Assembly: GCA_021776825.1 (NCBI GenBank)
Contig: JAJFFG010000096.1
Coordinates: 55,876-119,875 of the forward strand
Direction: 5' to 3'
Length of the DNA stretch: 64,000 nt
From: Planctomycetota bacterium
Lineage (GTDB): Bacteria; Planctomycetota; JAJSAM01; JAJVHW01
Below are positions 36,851-46,565 of this stretch, piece after piece. The notes under the pieces were generated by a model, which saw only the letters and a program-made list of their open reading frames with translations, was not told where the DNA came from and made no database searches. A program made the position numbers and the translations under genes. Numbering within the stretch: position 1 is the first letter of the stretch; the number at the start of each line of letters is the position of its first letter.

Positions 36851-39745
36851 TCAGCCAACGCAGCCGCGTAGGCGACGCACGGCCCGCCGCACGAGCTCGA
36901 GGAAGCCGAACATCTCGGCCTGGAGTTCGATGTCGGAGACGCACTCGCCGTCGAGGATGCGCTTCAGCCGGAAGGGATCCGAACCGCGCGGGACGAGCCC
37001 GGTGTTGCACGTGGTTCCGCTCACGACGTCGAGCGAGCGCAGCCAATCGAACTGCGCGGGATCGTGCTCATTGCTCGGATAGCAGAGGTGCGTGTACGGA
37101 CCAGGACCGACCAGTGCGAGCACGCGGCGGTTGTCCTCGATCTCGCGGCGCACCACCTCCTCGTCGGACGGGAAGCGGTGTCGATGCGTGTGCAGTTGCA
37201 GATCGATGCCGTCGGCGACGAGCCCCTTCAGTTCCTCCACGGTGAGCAGACCGACGACGCGGCTCTGCTCGAAGGCGTCATAGTCGACCGCGAGTCGTAC
37301 GAACAGTTCGCGAGCGAGGACCTGACGCTCCGGCTCGTCGAGGGCGGTCTCGCCGTGTTCGACGATCGTCCAGAGCGCGGCCTCGCGTGCCGACGCGTCG
37401 TCGAGGTCCAGGGACCCGTTCAGCCCAGGTCCGGTTCCGCTCAGGCCAGGTCCGGTTCCGCTCAGGCCAGGTCCGATTCCGCTCAGGCCCGGCGCCAGTC
37501 CGCTCAGGTCGAGGAAGCGCCGCGGCGCCCGCCACACCGCGTACTGCAGCGCCATGCGGAACACGGGGGTCTGCTTCTCGGTGTAGTAGGTGGTCTGATA
37601 CAGGGTCGCGGGGAAGCCGTTGCGGCGCAGGTGCTCCATCCCGAGCGAGAGGATCGAGTACGGACCGTCGTCGATGGTGATCGCCGTGGCGCAATTCAGC
37701 GCGGTCTCCGCCTCGACCTCCGCGAGCACGTCGCCCAGCACGCCGACCGGGAAGCCCCAGCGCTGCACGAGATCCAGGTGACGGCCGAACGTGTCGGCCT
37801 CCATGAAGAGCCGCGGACCGAGACCGGACTCGTCCTCCACGGAGAAGCCGTGGTAGCAGAGGATGCGCGCCTCGCGGCGCGTCAGATGCCGGGCCAGATG
37901 GAACAGTCCGAGCAGACGCGCGGCATGGAGCACGCCGCGCTTCACGCGTTCCCGTAGGCGCTCCCGACGCGAGACGTGCGGTCGCGGGAACGGAACGCGC
38001 TCGACGGACGGCTCGCCCCGCCGAAGCCAGCCCCGACGAAGCCATCCCGGCGCAACGGCGCGGCTACGTCGTTCGAACCCGAGCGCCGCGGCGGCGCGCA
38101 GAAGCGCGTCGTCCTGACTCGACACGTCGAGCCAGATCGACGACGCGCCGGCGACCGCACCGTCCAGAGCGAGACGAGCGAGCAGATCGCGCTCGGTCCC
38201 CGGAGACGGCGTGACGGGAACGGAGATCAGCGCGGCGCCCGCCGGCAACTCACGAGACCATTCGGCGCGCGCATCCGGCCAACGCTTCGCCTTGTCATCG
38301 CGCCACGCCAGACAGCCCTCTCCGACGTACGCGGACTGGCCGTCTCCGAACCGCCACTCGGCGTCCCCAAGCAGATCGACGAGTGGCGGTCCGTTCGCGC
38401 CGGGCCGCACCTCGACGACGCTCGCGGGACAACCCCGTGCAAACCCGTCTCCGGCATCGAGACGAGCGGCCGTTGCGGCCGGTAGCGAGAGCAGCTCCCG
38501 ACGTGTCGGACGCCCTACCGCCGCGTGGACATCCACAACCGCGCGGAGCAGGCCGGACGGACCCGCGGCGCGGAGGCGACGGAGACGCGCGCGGACGGCA
38601 TCTGGCGAGGAGCCGAGCGACAACGCGACGCGCTTGGCGAGCCGTTCGCCCACCAGTCGGGCGCCGCGCACGAGGCGTGACCCACCGCCGAAGTGCACCT
38701 CGAGCGTGTCAACGTGATCGGTGCGGCTCGCGAACCGTTCCTTCCAACCCGGACCCGGAGTGAGGTCGAGCGTCGCGACGCCCTCTTCCGCCAGAAGCCC
38801 CGCCAGCATCAGCAGGTGAAGCTTGCCCGGTGAGTGTTTCGCGAGTTCCGGCGCGTGGGTGTAGACGCCCAGACTCAGCGAGTCGCCGGTCAGCACACCG
38901 ATGTGTGCCGCGACGATCCGGCCACCGACCCGCATCGTCGAGACGTGCAGGAAGTCGGGTAGCGCGAGCATCGACTCGTGGAACGCTCGCTTCAGCGGAT
39001 CGATCGCGAACGGAAGCACGTGGTGCGCCGCGCCCTGCCGCAGATCGTAGACAGGGATGATCTCGTCCAATGCAGCCACGAACTCGGCCGGAGACGTGAC
39101 GCGCTCGAACACGAGTTCGCCGCCGCGCTTCAGGCGGTTCAACCGGCTCCGGTTGCTCTTCTTTCGGAGCGATGCCGCGCCGCGTTCGTCGTCGTCCGTG
39201 TCGAGCAAGGCGCGCAGCATCGGCGAGCGCACGCAACGTCCCGCCCACGGCTCGTCTCCTGTCCACGCGATCGGCGAACCGGGCGCGAGATAGCGGAACA
39301 CGAGCGCCGCACCCGGATGCCGCGCACGAACAGCCTCGACGGCGGCGGAGGCGAACGCATCGCCGAGCTCCTGCTCGGCGATCCACGTCTGGTACTCCGC
39401 GTGGTGCGAGCCGGCCGCGAGGAGTCGGCCGGAAGCACGCTCGACGCCGAGGGCGAGCACGCCGACGACGGCGCCGTCCGGCGCGTAGCCGACGACCATC
39501 AGCGGCGCGTAGACGGCCTCGTAGGTCGCGTACCAGAGCGCGGTGAAGTCTCGACGCTGGAACGCCGTGCCCCACGGGCAGCGGGCGAGGAGCGCGTCCC
39601 ACGCCTCCTGGAACGCCGGCTCGGCAAGGAGCCGCAGCGCGTCGTCCCCGGAGACGAGCTCGATGCTCGCGAGAGATCGCGCCGGGGCAGCCGCCGAGGC
39701 GGCAGGCGTCACGAGCGAGCGATGGGTGGAGGTGCTGTGGGTCAT
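36851..39745 (-). CDS. Fusion: CelD/BcsL-like GNAT acetyltransferase + degenerate GNAT-like segment + polysaccharide deacetylase (NodB)
   Basis: N-half: AWDALL…TAFQ, LRKKSNRSRLNRL, SPGKLHL…LDLTPG…WKERF; C-half: ILCYHG, AITIDDG, FPATLY, LQLHTHRH, HLCYPS, SGTTCNTG, LKRILD. Confidence 0.85.
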   Translation of the reverse strand: MTHSTSTHRSLVTPAASAAAPARSLASIELVSGDDALRLLAEPAFQEAWDALLARCPWGTAFQRRDFTALWYATYEAVYAPLMVVGYAPDGAVVGVLALGVERASGRLLAAGSHHAEYQTWIAEQELGDAFASAAVEAVRARHPGAALVFRYLAPGSPIAWTGDEPWAGRCVRSPMLRALLDTDDDERGAASLRKKSNRSRLNRLKRGGELVFERVTSPAEFVAALDEIIPVYDLRQGAAHHVLPFAIDPLKRAFHESMLALPDFLHVSTMRVGGRIVAAHIGVLTGDSLSLGVYTHAPELAKHSPGKLHLLMLAGLLAEEGVATLDLTPGPGWKERFASRTDHVDTLEVHFGGGSRLVRGARLVGERLAKRVALSLGSSPDAVRARLRRLRAAGPSGLLRAVVDVHAAVGRPTRRELLSLPAATAARLDAGDGFARGCPASVVEVRPGANGPPLVDLLGDAEWRFGDGQSAYVGEGCLAWRDDKAKRWPDARAEWSRELPAGAALISVPVTPSPGTERDLLARLALDGAVAGASSIWLDVSSQDDALLRAAAALGFERRSRAVAPGWLRRGWLRRGEPSVERVPFPRPHVSRRERLRERVKRGVLHAARLLGLFHLARHLTRREARILCYHGFSVEDESGLGPRLFMEADTFGRHLDLVQRWGFPVGVLGDVLAEVEAETALNCATAITIDDGPYSILSLGMEHLRRNGFPATLYQTTYYTEKQTPVFRMALQYAVWRAPRRFLDLSGLAPGLSGIGPGLSGTGPGLSGTGPGLNGSLDLDDASAREAALWTIVEHGETALDEPERQVLARELFVRLAVDYDAFEQSRVVGLLTVEELKGLVADGIDLQLHTHRHRFPSDEEVVRREIEDNRRVLALVGPGPYTHLCYPSNEHDPAQFDWLRSLDVVSGTTCNTGLVPRGSDPFRLKRILDGECVSDIELQAEMFGFLELVRRAVRRLRGCVG
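37420..37508 (-). repeat. In-frame 21-bp tandem repeat (4 copies plus partial) encoding LSG(T/I)GPG
   Basis: TCAGGCCAGGTCCGGTTCCGC units at 37420, 37441, 37462, 37483. Confidence 0.9.
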
Positions 39746-39902
39746 GACCGCTGCGCACCCGTCGGAACTCCCGGCGCGCGCGTACGAGGACCCTGTCGGG
39801 ATTCGGCTCCCAGGTACTTGACCCGCGCCGAGGCTGACCAGCCTCACTCCACGCGTGATCACGACGCGTCGCGGTGGCGCTCGCTCGCGAGCGCGCGGCC
39901 CG

Positions 39903-40910
39903 CTAGCAGTTCGCGCGGATGCCGGCGAGGACGTCCAACGCGAGCGAGACCGCGGCGAGGCCCTCGGCCCCGCCCACCTCCGGGGTCGTCCGTTCCCGCG
40001 TGCACTGCAGGAACTGACGGATCTCCTCGGTCAGCGGATCGGTCTCGGGCACCGCGAGATGCTCGACGGTCAGCAGGTTCTCGAACACCGCTCCCTGCAG
40101 ATCCGCCATCGACGTAGCGCCGGACCGCATCTGCAGCACGCGCTCGACGGTCAGATCGGGACTCTTGCGGTAGAGCACGCCGCCGCGCTTCCCGAAGTCC
40201 ATCACGAGGTACGAGTCGGGGCTGAAGACGCGCAACTTGCGTTCGACCTTGGTCGCCACGCGGCTCGCCGTCAGGTTCGCGACGCAGCCGTTCTCGAAGA
40301 CGACACGGGCGTTGGCGATGTCCTCGTGCGGCGTGAGCACCGGAACGCCGACGGCCTCGACCCGCGACGGTCGCGAGGCCGCGAGATGCAGCACGATGTC
40401 GATGTCGTGGATCATCAGATCGAGCACGACGCCGACATCGGCGGAGCGGAACGAGAACGGCGCCACTCTCTGAGACTCGATGAACCGCGGCTTGATCTGG
40501 TGCTCGCGGAGCGCCCGCACCGCCGGGTTGAAGCGCTCGACGTGCCCCACCTGCAGGATGGCCCCGCTCATCTCGGCCGCACGGATCAGGTCGCGACCCT
40601 CTTCGAGATCGCGCACCATCGGCTTCTCGATCAACGTCGAGATGCCGCGCGCGAGCAGCGGCTGCGCCACCGCGTGGTGATGCTCCGTCGGCACCGCGAT
40701 CGACACGGCCTCGATGCCCGCGGGGAGCTCCGAGACGTCTGAGAGGACGAGCGCTCCGCACGTCTCACGGACGCGGGCCTGGACCTCGGGGTTCGGATCG
40801 ACCACCGCCACGAGATCGGACTCGGGCAGCTCCGAGTGGATGCGGACGTGATGCCGGCCGAATCCGCCGGCCCCGATCACCGCCGTGCGAACGGCTCGCT
40901 CAGAAGTCAT
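39903..40910 (-). CDS. Gfo/Idh/MocA-family oxidoreductase (GnnA-like)
   Basis: VIGAGGFGRHH, IAVPTEHH, LIEKPM, GHVERFNPA, VVLDLMIHDID, ANLTASRV; start overlaps lpxA stop. Confidence 0.88.
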   Translation of the reverse strand: MTSERAVRTAVIGAGGFGRHHVRIHSELPESDLVAVVDPNPEVQARVRETCGALVLSDVSELPAGIEAVSIAVPTEHHHAVAQPLLARGISTLIEKPMVRDLEEGRDLIRAAEMSGAILQVGHVERFNPAVRALREHQIKPRFIESQRVAPFSFRSADVGVVLDLMIHDIDIVLHLAASRPSRVEAVGVPVLTPHEDIANARVVFENGCVANLTASRVATKVERKLRVFSPDSYLVMDFGKRGGVLYRKSPDLTVERVLQMRSGATSMADLQGAVFENLLTVEHLAVPETDPLTEEIRQFLQCTRERTTPEVGGAEGLAAVSLALDVLAGIRANC

Positions 40911-41767
40911 ACGCTCGACGTCCCGGAGTCCGATGTAGGGGCGTGACCGTTGCCGCCGTCGCGGTCGGCCTCCCGAGCACGTCCCTTCTTGCCGTGGGCG
41001 ACGTCCACGAAGAACGTCCGAAGGCGCTCGATCTCGCTCGAGCGGACACCGTCCTGATCGAGGGCGGCGAACGCGTCCTGCCACGTGGCGTGGCGCCGAC
41101 GGAAGAGGTAGCGGAACGCTGTCTGCAGAGTGCGGATGGAGTCATCGGCAAGACCGTTCCGCTGCAGACCGATCGAGTTGACCTTGGCCACACGCGGCGG
41201 GTTGCCCTCGGTCACCATGTACGGCGGCGCGTCGCGCAGGAGGCGCGAGAGGCCGCCGATGTAGGCCATGGTTCCCACCGTGCCGAAGTGATGCATCGCG
41301 GAGCCGCCGCTCATGATCGCGCGATCCTCGATGACGACGTGCCCGGCGAGCATGACGTTGTTCGAGAGGATCGTGTGGCTGCCGACGTCGCAGTCGTGGG
41401 CCACGTGGGCACCGACCATCAGCAGGTTGCCGCTGCCGATGCGCGTGATGCCGCCGCCCTTCTTCGTCCCCCGATGCACCGTGACATTCTCACGGAACTC
41501 GTTGTCGCTGCCGATGACGCACGTCACCAGCTCGCCGTGGTAGGAGACGTCCTGCGGCGCCCCGCCGATCACGGCGCCGCCCCACACGATGTTGCGATCG
41601 CCGAGCGTGACTCCGGGTCCCTCGATGACCGCGTGGGCGCGAATGTCACAGTCGGCCCCGATGCGCGCTCCCGGACCGACGTACGCGAACGCGCCGACGT
41701 TGGAGCCCTCGCTGATCTCGGCGGTGGGATCGACAAAGGCGCGCGGGTGGATCGTTGCGGTGCTCAT
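40907..41767 (-). CDS. lpxA: UDP-N-acetylglucosamine acyltransferase
   Basis: IHPRAFVDP, hexapeptide repeats, IGGAPQD, RENVTVHRGT, AHVAHDC, LAGHV. Confidence 0.95.
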   Translation of the reverse strand: MSTATIHPRAFVDPTAEISEGSNVGAFAYVGPGARIGADCDIRAHAVIEGPGVTLGDRNIVWGGAVIGGAPQDVSYHGELVTCVIGSDNEFRENVTVHRGTKKGGGITRIGSGNLLMVGAHVAHDCDVGSHTILSNNVMLAGHVVIEDRAIMSGGSAMHHFGTVGTMAYIGGLSRLLRDAPPYMVTEGNPPRVAKVNSIGLQRNGLADDSIRTLQTAFRYLFRRRHATWQDAFAALDQDGVRSSEIERLRTFFVDVAHGKKGRAREADRDGGNGHAPTSDSGTSSV

Positions 41768-43080
41768 GCGTCAGTCAGCATGAAGTTGATCTGCGCTTCA
41801 CAGGCCAGCTTCCCTTCCACGGTCGCGCGACAGTGCACGCGCGCCGAACGAGATCGCACCTTCAACGCCTCGGCCTCGATGCGCAGTTGATCACCCGGAA
41901 CGACCGAGCGCCGCAGCTTCACCTTGTCGATCGAGAGCAGCACCGCCAACTTGTTCGTGTTGTCGAGCTTGCGGAACAGGAGCACGCCGGCGAGCTGCGC
42001 CATGGCCTCGACGATGAGCACGCCCGGCATGATCGGCGCCTGCGGCCAGTGGCCCTGGAAGAACGGCTCGTTGATCGTGACGTTCTTGATGCCCACGGCC
42101 CGCTTGAGCCCCTCGACCTCGATCACGCGGTCGATGAGCAGGAACGGATACCGGTGCGGCAGGATGCGCAGGATCTCGCGGATGTCGATCGTGCGATCGC
42201 GACGCAGGCCGTCGGCAATCTCGCTGTCGCGGATGTGCTTGAGCAGCGTGCGGACCATCGTGGCGTTCAGCTCGTGGCCCGCCTTGGTCGCGACGATCCG
42301 GGCGTGCAGATCGAGGTTCAGTAGGAAGAAGTCGCCAATCAGGTCGAGCAGTTTGTGGCGCACCGGCTCGTCGGGGAAGCGCAGCCGATTCTCGATGACG
42401 CCCTTCTCGCCGAAGACCAGCGTGTTCTCGTACGTGGCACCCTGACCGAGTCCCGCCTGACGCAGGGCGACCGCCTCCTCCTCGAGGCAGAATGTCCGTG
42501 CCGGAGCGATCTCGTTGACGAACGAGCTCTCGGTCATGCGAAGCCAGTGGTACTGGCTGCCGACGAACGGTGAGCCCGCGTAGTCGAGCGTGTAGCTAAA
42601 GGTGAGACCGCGCTCCGCCGGGAGCGCCACGATGGAGGCATCGCCGCCGGCGCTGCTGACCGCGAGCGGCGTGAGCAGCTGAAACTCCGGACGCGGCTCG
42701 TCGAGGTCCTCGGGCTTGGCGCCCTTCAGAGCGTCGACGAAGGGCAGCGCGCTCCCGTCGAGTCCGGGCAGCTCGGGTCCGTCGATCTCGACCACCAGGT
42801 TGTCGATGCGGAGCGCGTGGCACGCTGAGAGCAGATGCTCGACGGTGTGGACCTCGGCACCCTCGTACCGGATCGACGTGCGGCGGCCGGTGTTGTCGAC
42901 GAAGTCGACGTCGGCCGGGATGCGCGGTCGATCGGGCAGGTCGGTCCGTACGAAGTGCACGCCGCTCGACGCAGGCGCCGGCAGGAGGCGAATCGTCGCC
43001 GCCTTCCCGGTATGGAGCCCCACGCCGGAGAGCTCGTACGGCTCACGGATCGACCGTTGCTTCCTGCTCACCGGTTGCAA
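41764..43080 (-). CDS. lpxC: Bifunctional LpxC deacetylase / FabZ dehydratase
   Basis: GVGLHTG, TVEHLLSA, ELPGLDGSA, IAPARTF, HKLLDLIGD, AGHELN then LPHRYPFLLIDRV, FFQGHWP, MPGVLIVEAMAQ. Confidence 0.95.
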   Translation of the reverse strand: MQPVSRKQRSIREPYELSGVGLHTGKAATIRLLPAPASSGVHFVRTDLPDRPRIPADVDFVDNTGRRTSIRYEGAEVHTVEHLLSACHALRIDNLVVEIDGPELPGLDGSALPFVDALKGAKPEDLDEPRPEFQLLTPLAVSSAGGDASIVALPAERGLTFSYTLDYAGSPFVGSQYHWLRMTESSFVNEIAPARTFCLEEEAVALRQAGLGQGATYENTLVFGEKGVIENRLRFPDEPVRHKLLDLIGDFFLLNLDLHARIVATKAGHELNATMVRTLLKHIRDSEIADGLRRDRTIDIREILRILPHRYPFLLIDRVIEVEGLKRAVGIKNVTINEPFFQGHWPQAPIMPGVLIVEAMAQLAGVLLFRKLDNTNKLAVLLSIDKVKLRRSVVPGDQLRIEAEALKVRSRSARVHCRATVEGKLACEAQINFMLTDA

Positions 43081-43150
43081 TTCTCCCCGAGGCCTCGGAC
43101 GGAGTCCAGCGGGGCGAGACCGTACGGCCTCGCCAACGCGCGCGGGCGGG

Positions 43151-43741
43151 CTAGCGAGGCCCCGGTCGGCTGGCGTTCAGGAGGCTCACGATCTCGTCCG
43201 TCAGGTCGAGCGCATCGTGGCTCCAGAGCACCGGGCGAGCCTGGACCAGGACGTTGAGATCGGCCGAGTCCTCGACACTCTCGCCGAGCTTGCGTGAGAG
43301 CACGATCGCCCCGAAGCCGTGCGTGCGTGCGTACGCCTCGGCCTCGCGGACGATCTCCTTGTAGATCAGGATCTCTTGCCGACGCATGTCGTCCTGCAGG
43401 AGCCCCAGACCGCGCTTCTCGTCGTACTGGAGCGTCATCTTGCGCAGCTCGAGTTCGCGCGACTTGTCCTGGAACTGCTTGCTCTTCTTGTTCAGCGTCT
43501 CGAGGCTGTCCATGAGCTCGTCGAGAGCCTCGGCCTCGGCCCGCATCCGGTTCTTCAGACCCTCGACACGCGTGTCGACCGTCTTCTGGATCTCTTGGCG
43601 CTTCCAGTAGTCGGTGAACGTCTGCTGGATGTCGAGGAACCCGATCTTCTCGGGCGGGGTCTGCGTAACGCCCTCACGGGCGGCCAGACCGCCGAGGAGG
43701 GCGGAGGCGATGAGCGCCAGCGCTAGGACGGATCGCTGCAT
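43151..43741 (-). CDS. skp: OmpH/Skp periplasmic chaperone
   Basis: Signal peptide, KIGFLDIQQTF, long coiled coil, DLTDEIVSLLN; between bamA and lpxC. Confidence 0.85.
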   Translation of the reverse strand: MQRSVLALALIASALLGGLAAREGVTQTPPEKIGFLDIQQTFTDYWKRQEIQKTVDTRVEGLKNRMRAEAEALDELMDSLETLNKKSKQFQDKSRELELRKMTLQYDEKRGLGLLQDDMRRQEILIYKEIVREAEAYARTHGFGAIVLSRKLGESVEDSADLNVLVQARPVLWSHDALDLTDEIVSLLNASRPGPR

Positions 43742-43835
43742 GGGACTGACTCTCCGAGGTGCGGACACGGGGTTCTTGCGCACACGCCTGACGCGCGCGG
43801 AACTGTCGGACGTGAGGCGGTCGCGCGGGCTTGGA

Positions 43836-46436
43836 TCAGAAGTCCCGAGCGATCGTGAACGACAGGACCTGCCTATCGTCGCCGTCCTGCTCCCGAATCG
43901 GGAAGCCCAAGTCGAGCGCGATGGGCTGTTGACCGAACGCGGGGATGCGGATGCGCAGGCCGACGCCGACCGACACACGCATGTCGTCGAGGAACGAGGG
44001 GCCGTCGTCGAACGTGAGCTGACGCCCGAGACGCCTCTGCCGCGTGTTGCCGGCGAGGAGGCGGCGACGCAGGCTGGCCACGTCGCTCTCCTCGAGTCCG
44101 TGCGAGCTGCCGAAGTCGTCGCGCACCATGCCCGCGTCGCAGAACACGACGCCCTTCAAGATCGTCTCGTAGAGCGGGAACTGGTACTCCGCCGAGGCGG
44201 TCAGGAGCACGTCACCGCCCATCGGGTCGCCGTCGTTGTCGAGAATCGAGCGCGCGGTCTCTCCAAGGCGCAACTGCTGACGGCCGAAGCGCTCGCGCGG
44301 CCGAGCGGCGAGCCGCGGGTCGCCCTCGCCGTGAGGGCCTGCGCCGCCGAACTCGAAGCCACGGATCGACGAGCTGCCGCCGGCGCGGTACCGCTCGTAG
44401 ATGGGTACGAAGTCCTCGTCCAGCAGGCTGGCCTCGGCGGACTCCGACGACGAGAGCTCCTGCGCGTAGGCCAAACGGCCTCCGATGGAGAGCACGTGCT
44501 CGCGCTCCTCCTCGTCGCGGTGCACCACCCAGAAGCGCCGGCCCTCGAGCTCGTTCTTCCAGAGGCGCACGTCACCGGCGAAGCCCACCTCGGTCGACGC
44601 TTCGGCGAACCAGCCGGTGCTTGGTTCGGCCGAGTTGTCCAGTCGGTCGACCCGCGCGTTCAGGCGCTGCGCGATCAGGCTGAGGTCGTCCTCGGCGAGG
44701 AACGCGTTGGGCGCCGTCTCGCGGTCGACGTTGTCGACCTCGTGCCGTTCGACCCGTGACGTCGTCGTGAGTCCCAGCACCGTGTCCTGCTTCTTGCCCT
44801 CGAACGTGAAGCGTCGACCGAGCGAGACGTTCACGCCACGCCGATCCACGTCGTAGTCGAAGCGCGAGAACTTCGAGAGAAACACGTCCCACCCGAACGA
44901 GATCGGCTTGTCGAAGAGCCACGGTTCGGTGAACGCGACGCGGTACGACGAGAGCTCGGAACCGGGTGCGAGCTCGATAGCGAGGGTCTGGCCCCCTCCC
45001 GAGAACGCGTCGCCGGAGAAGATCTCGCCGAAGCTCTCGGGGGTGTCGCGCCAGTCGAAGTTGCGCTTCGTGATCGTGATGCTGCCGATGAAGCCCAGGT
45101 CGCTGGACACGCCTGCGGCGAACCGCACCTGTCCCGTGCGCGCCGAGTCGTCGACCTGGAAGACGATGTCCTTCTCGTTGGGATCGCCTTCCGCGACGTC
45201 ATTCACCGTGTAGGCCACACGCTGGAAGTAGCGCAGCGACTGCAGGCGACGGACGCTCTTGTCGATCTCGTTCTGGTTCAGCACGCCGCCGGGGAACACG
45301 CTGACGTCACGCCGGATCACCTTGTCGCGCGTGATCGTGTTACCGAGGATGTCGAGCCGCCGGACGCGCACCTTCGACTGCTCCTCGATCGTGAAGACGA
45401 GGTCGACGACGTGCCCTTCGGCCGGCAGCTTGTCTACCTGGAGGACCAACGCCGCGAAGAAGCCCTCTTCGCGGTACGCACGTTCGAGCGCCGACACCGT
45501 GTCGCCGACACCCGCCTGACGACGCCGGTCTCCCGATTCGAGGCGAACGAGTTCGAGCAACGCGTCCACGCCGCCGGGGTAGCTGTCGGCGCCCTGGATG
45601 AAGACGTTCCCGACCGTGTAGGCGTTGCCCTCGGTGACGCCGATCCGCACCGTCACGTCGCCGCGATCGTCGCTGAAGTCGAGGTCCACGAGGTCGACGT
45701 TGGCATCGAGCCAGCCTTCCGACCGCAGGTAGTTGCGAAGCGTCAGGAGGTCGAGTCGGACCGTCTCCTCGACGAAGCTGCTCCCGCCGAGGCCGAGGAA
45801 GCCCGGCTCCCGCGTCGCCATGTGGTCCAGGAGGTCATCACGCGACACCGCATCGTTGCCTTCGAAGAGGATCTCGTCGACGTCGACCGACGGCCCCTCG
45901 AGGATCGTGAAGACGACGCGCTTGTCCTCGCCGACGTCCTCGACGCGCGAGTTGACCTCGACGAAGTGGTAGCCACGGTCGCGGAACAGGCGCGTGATCT
46001 TGCGCGCGTCGTTGTCGACACGGAACTGCGCGAGCGGCCGGCCCGATCGCGTCTCCATCACCGCCGTGACCTCCTTGCGTGAGAGCTGGTCGATCCCGTC
46101 GAGCCGCACTTCGCGAATGAGCGGGTTCTCGGTGACGACGAAGCGAAGGCGCAGGCCCGTGGCCGTCTGGGTCTCGTCGAGCTCGACGGTGTCGAAGAAA
46201 CCGTAGAGCGTGTTGATGTCCTCCTGCAGGAGCGCGCGATCGAGAATCTGCCCCTTCTTGGAGCGCAGCGCGAGACGCAGCGTGTCCTCGTCGTAGCGTC
46301 GGTTGCCGTCGAAGTCGAGCGCCTCGATCCTCACGCCGGCCTGGGCGTGGGCCTCGGAGACGAGGCCGGGCGCGGACCCGACGACACACGCCGCCAACGC
46401 GAGGCGGACCACGAGAGACTGCAGGAAACGCCGCAT
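43836..46436 (-). CDS. bamA: Outer membrane protein assembly factor BamA
   Basis: Signal peptide, POTRA repeats (ILGNTITRDKVIRR), FTEPWLFD, RYRAGGSSSIRGF, C-terminal …SFTIARDF. Confidence 0.95.
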   Translation of the reverse strand: MRRFLQSLVVRLALAACVVGSAPGLVSEAHAQAGVRIEALDFDGNRRYDEDTLRLALRSKKGQILDRALLQEDINTLYGFFDTVELDETQTATGLRLRFVVTENPLIREVRLDGIDQLSRKEVTAVMETRSGRPLAQFRVDNDARKITRLFRDRGYHFVEVNSRVEDVGEDKRVVFTILEGPSVDVDEILFEGNDAVSRDDLLDHMATREPGFLGLGGSSFVEETVRLDLLTLRNYLRSEGWLDANVDLVDLDFSDDRGDVTVRIGVTEGNAYTVGNVFIQGADSYPGGVDALLELVRLESGDRRRQAGVGDTVSALERAYREEGFFAALVLQVDKLPAEGHVVDLVFTIEEQSKVRVRRLDILGNTITRDKVIRRDVSVFPGGVLNQNEIDKSVRRLQSLRYFQRVAYTVNDVAEGDPNEKDIVFQVDDSARTGQVRFAAGVSSDLGFIGSITITKRNFDWRDTPESFGEIFSGDAFSGGGQTLAIELAPGSELSSYRVAFTEPWLFDKPISFGWDVFLSKFSRFDYDVDRRGVNVSLGRRFTFEGKKQDTVLGLTTTSRVERHEVDNVDRETAPNAFLAEDDLSLIAQRLNARVDRLDNSAEPSTGWFAEASTEVGFAGDVRLWKNELEGRRFWVVHRDEEEREHVLSIGGRLAYAQELSSSESAEASLLDEDFVPIYERYRAGGSSSIRGFEFGGAGPHGEGDPRLAARPRERFGRQQLRLGETARSILDNDGDPMGGDVLLTASAEYQFPLYETILKGVVFCDAGMVRDDFGSSHGLEESDVASLRRRLLAGNTRQRRLGRQLTFDDGPSFLDDMRVSVGVGLRIRIPAFGQQPIALDLGFPIREQDGDDRQVLSFTIARDF

Positions 46437-46565
46437 CGAGCACCCCTCCCAGGAGACGCGCACGGGGACGAAACGGCCTCGCGCGCGAGGGAGGCAAGAG
46501 TAGTTGCGGCCGCGGTCGGAGGCGAAGACGGATCGTCCGCACCAGAGAGTACATTTGCCCGTCCC

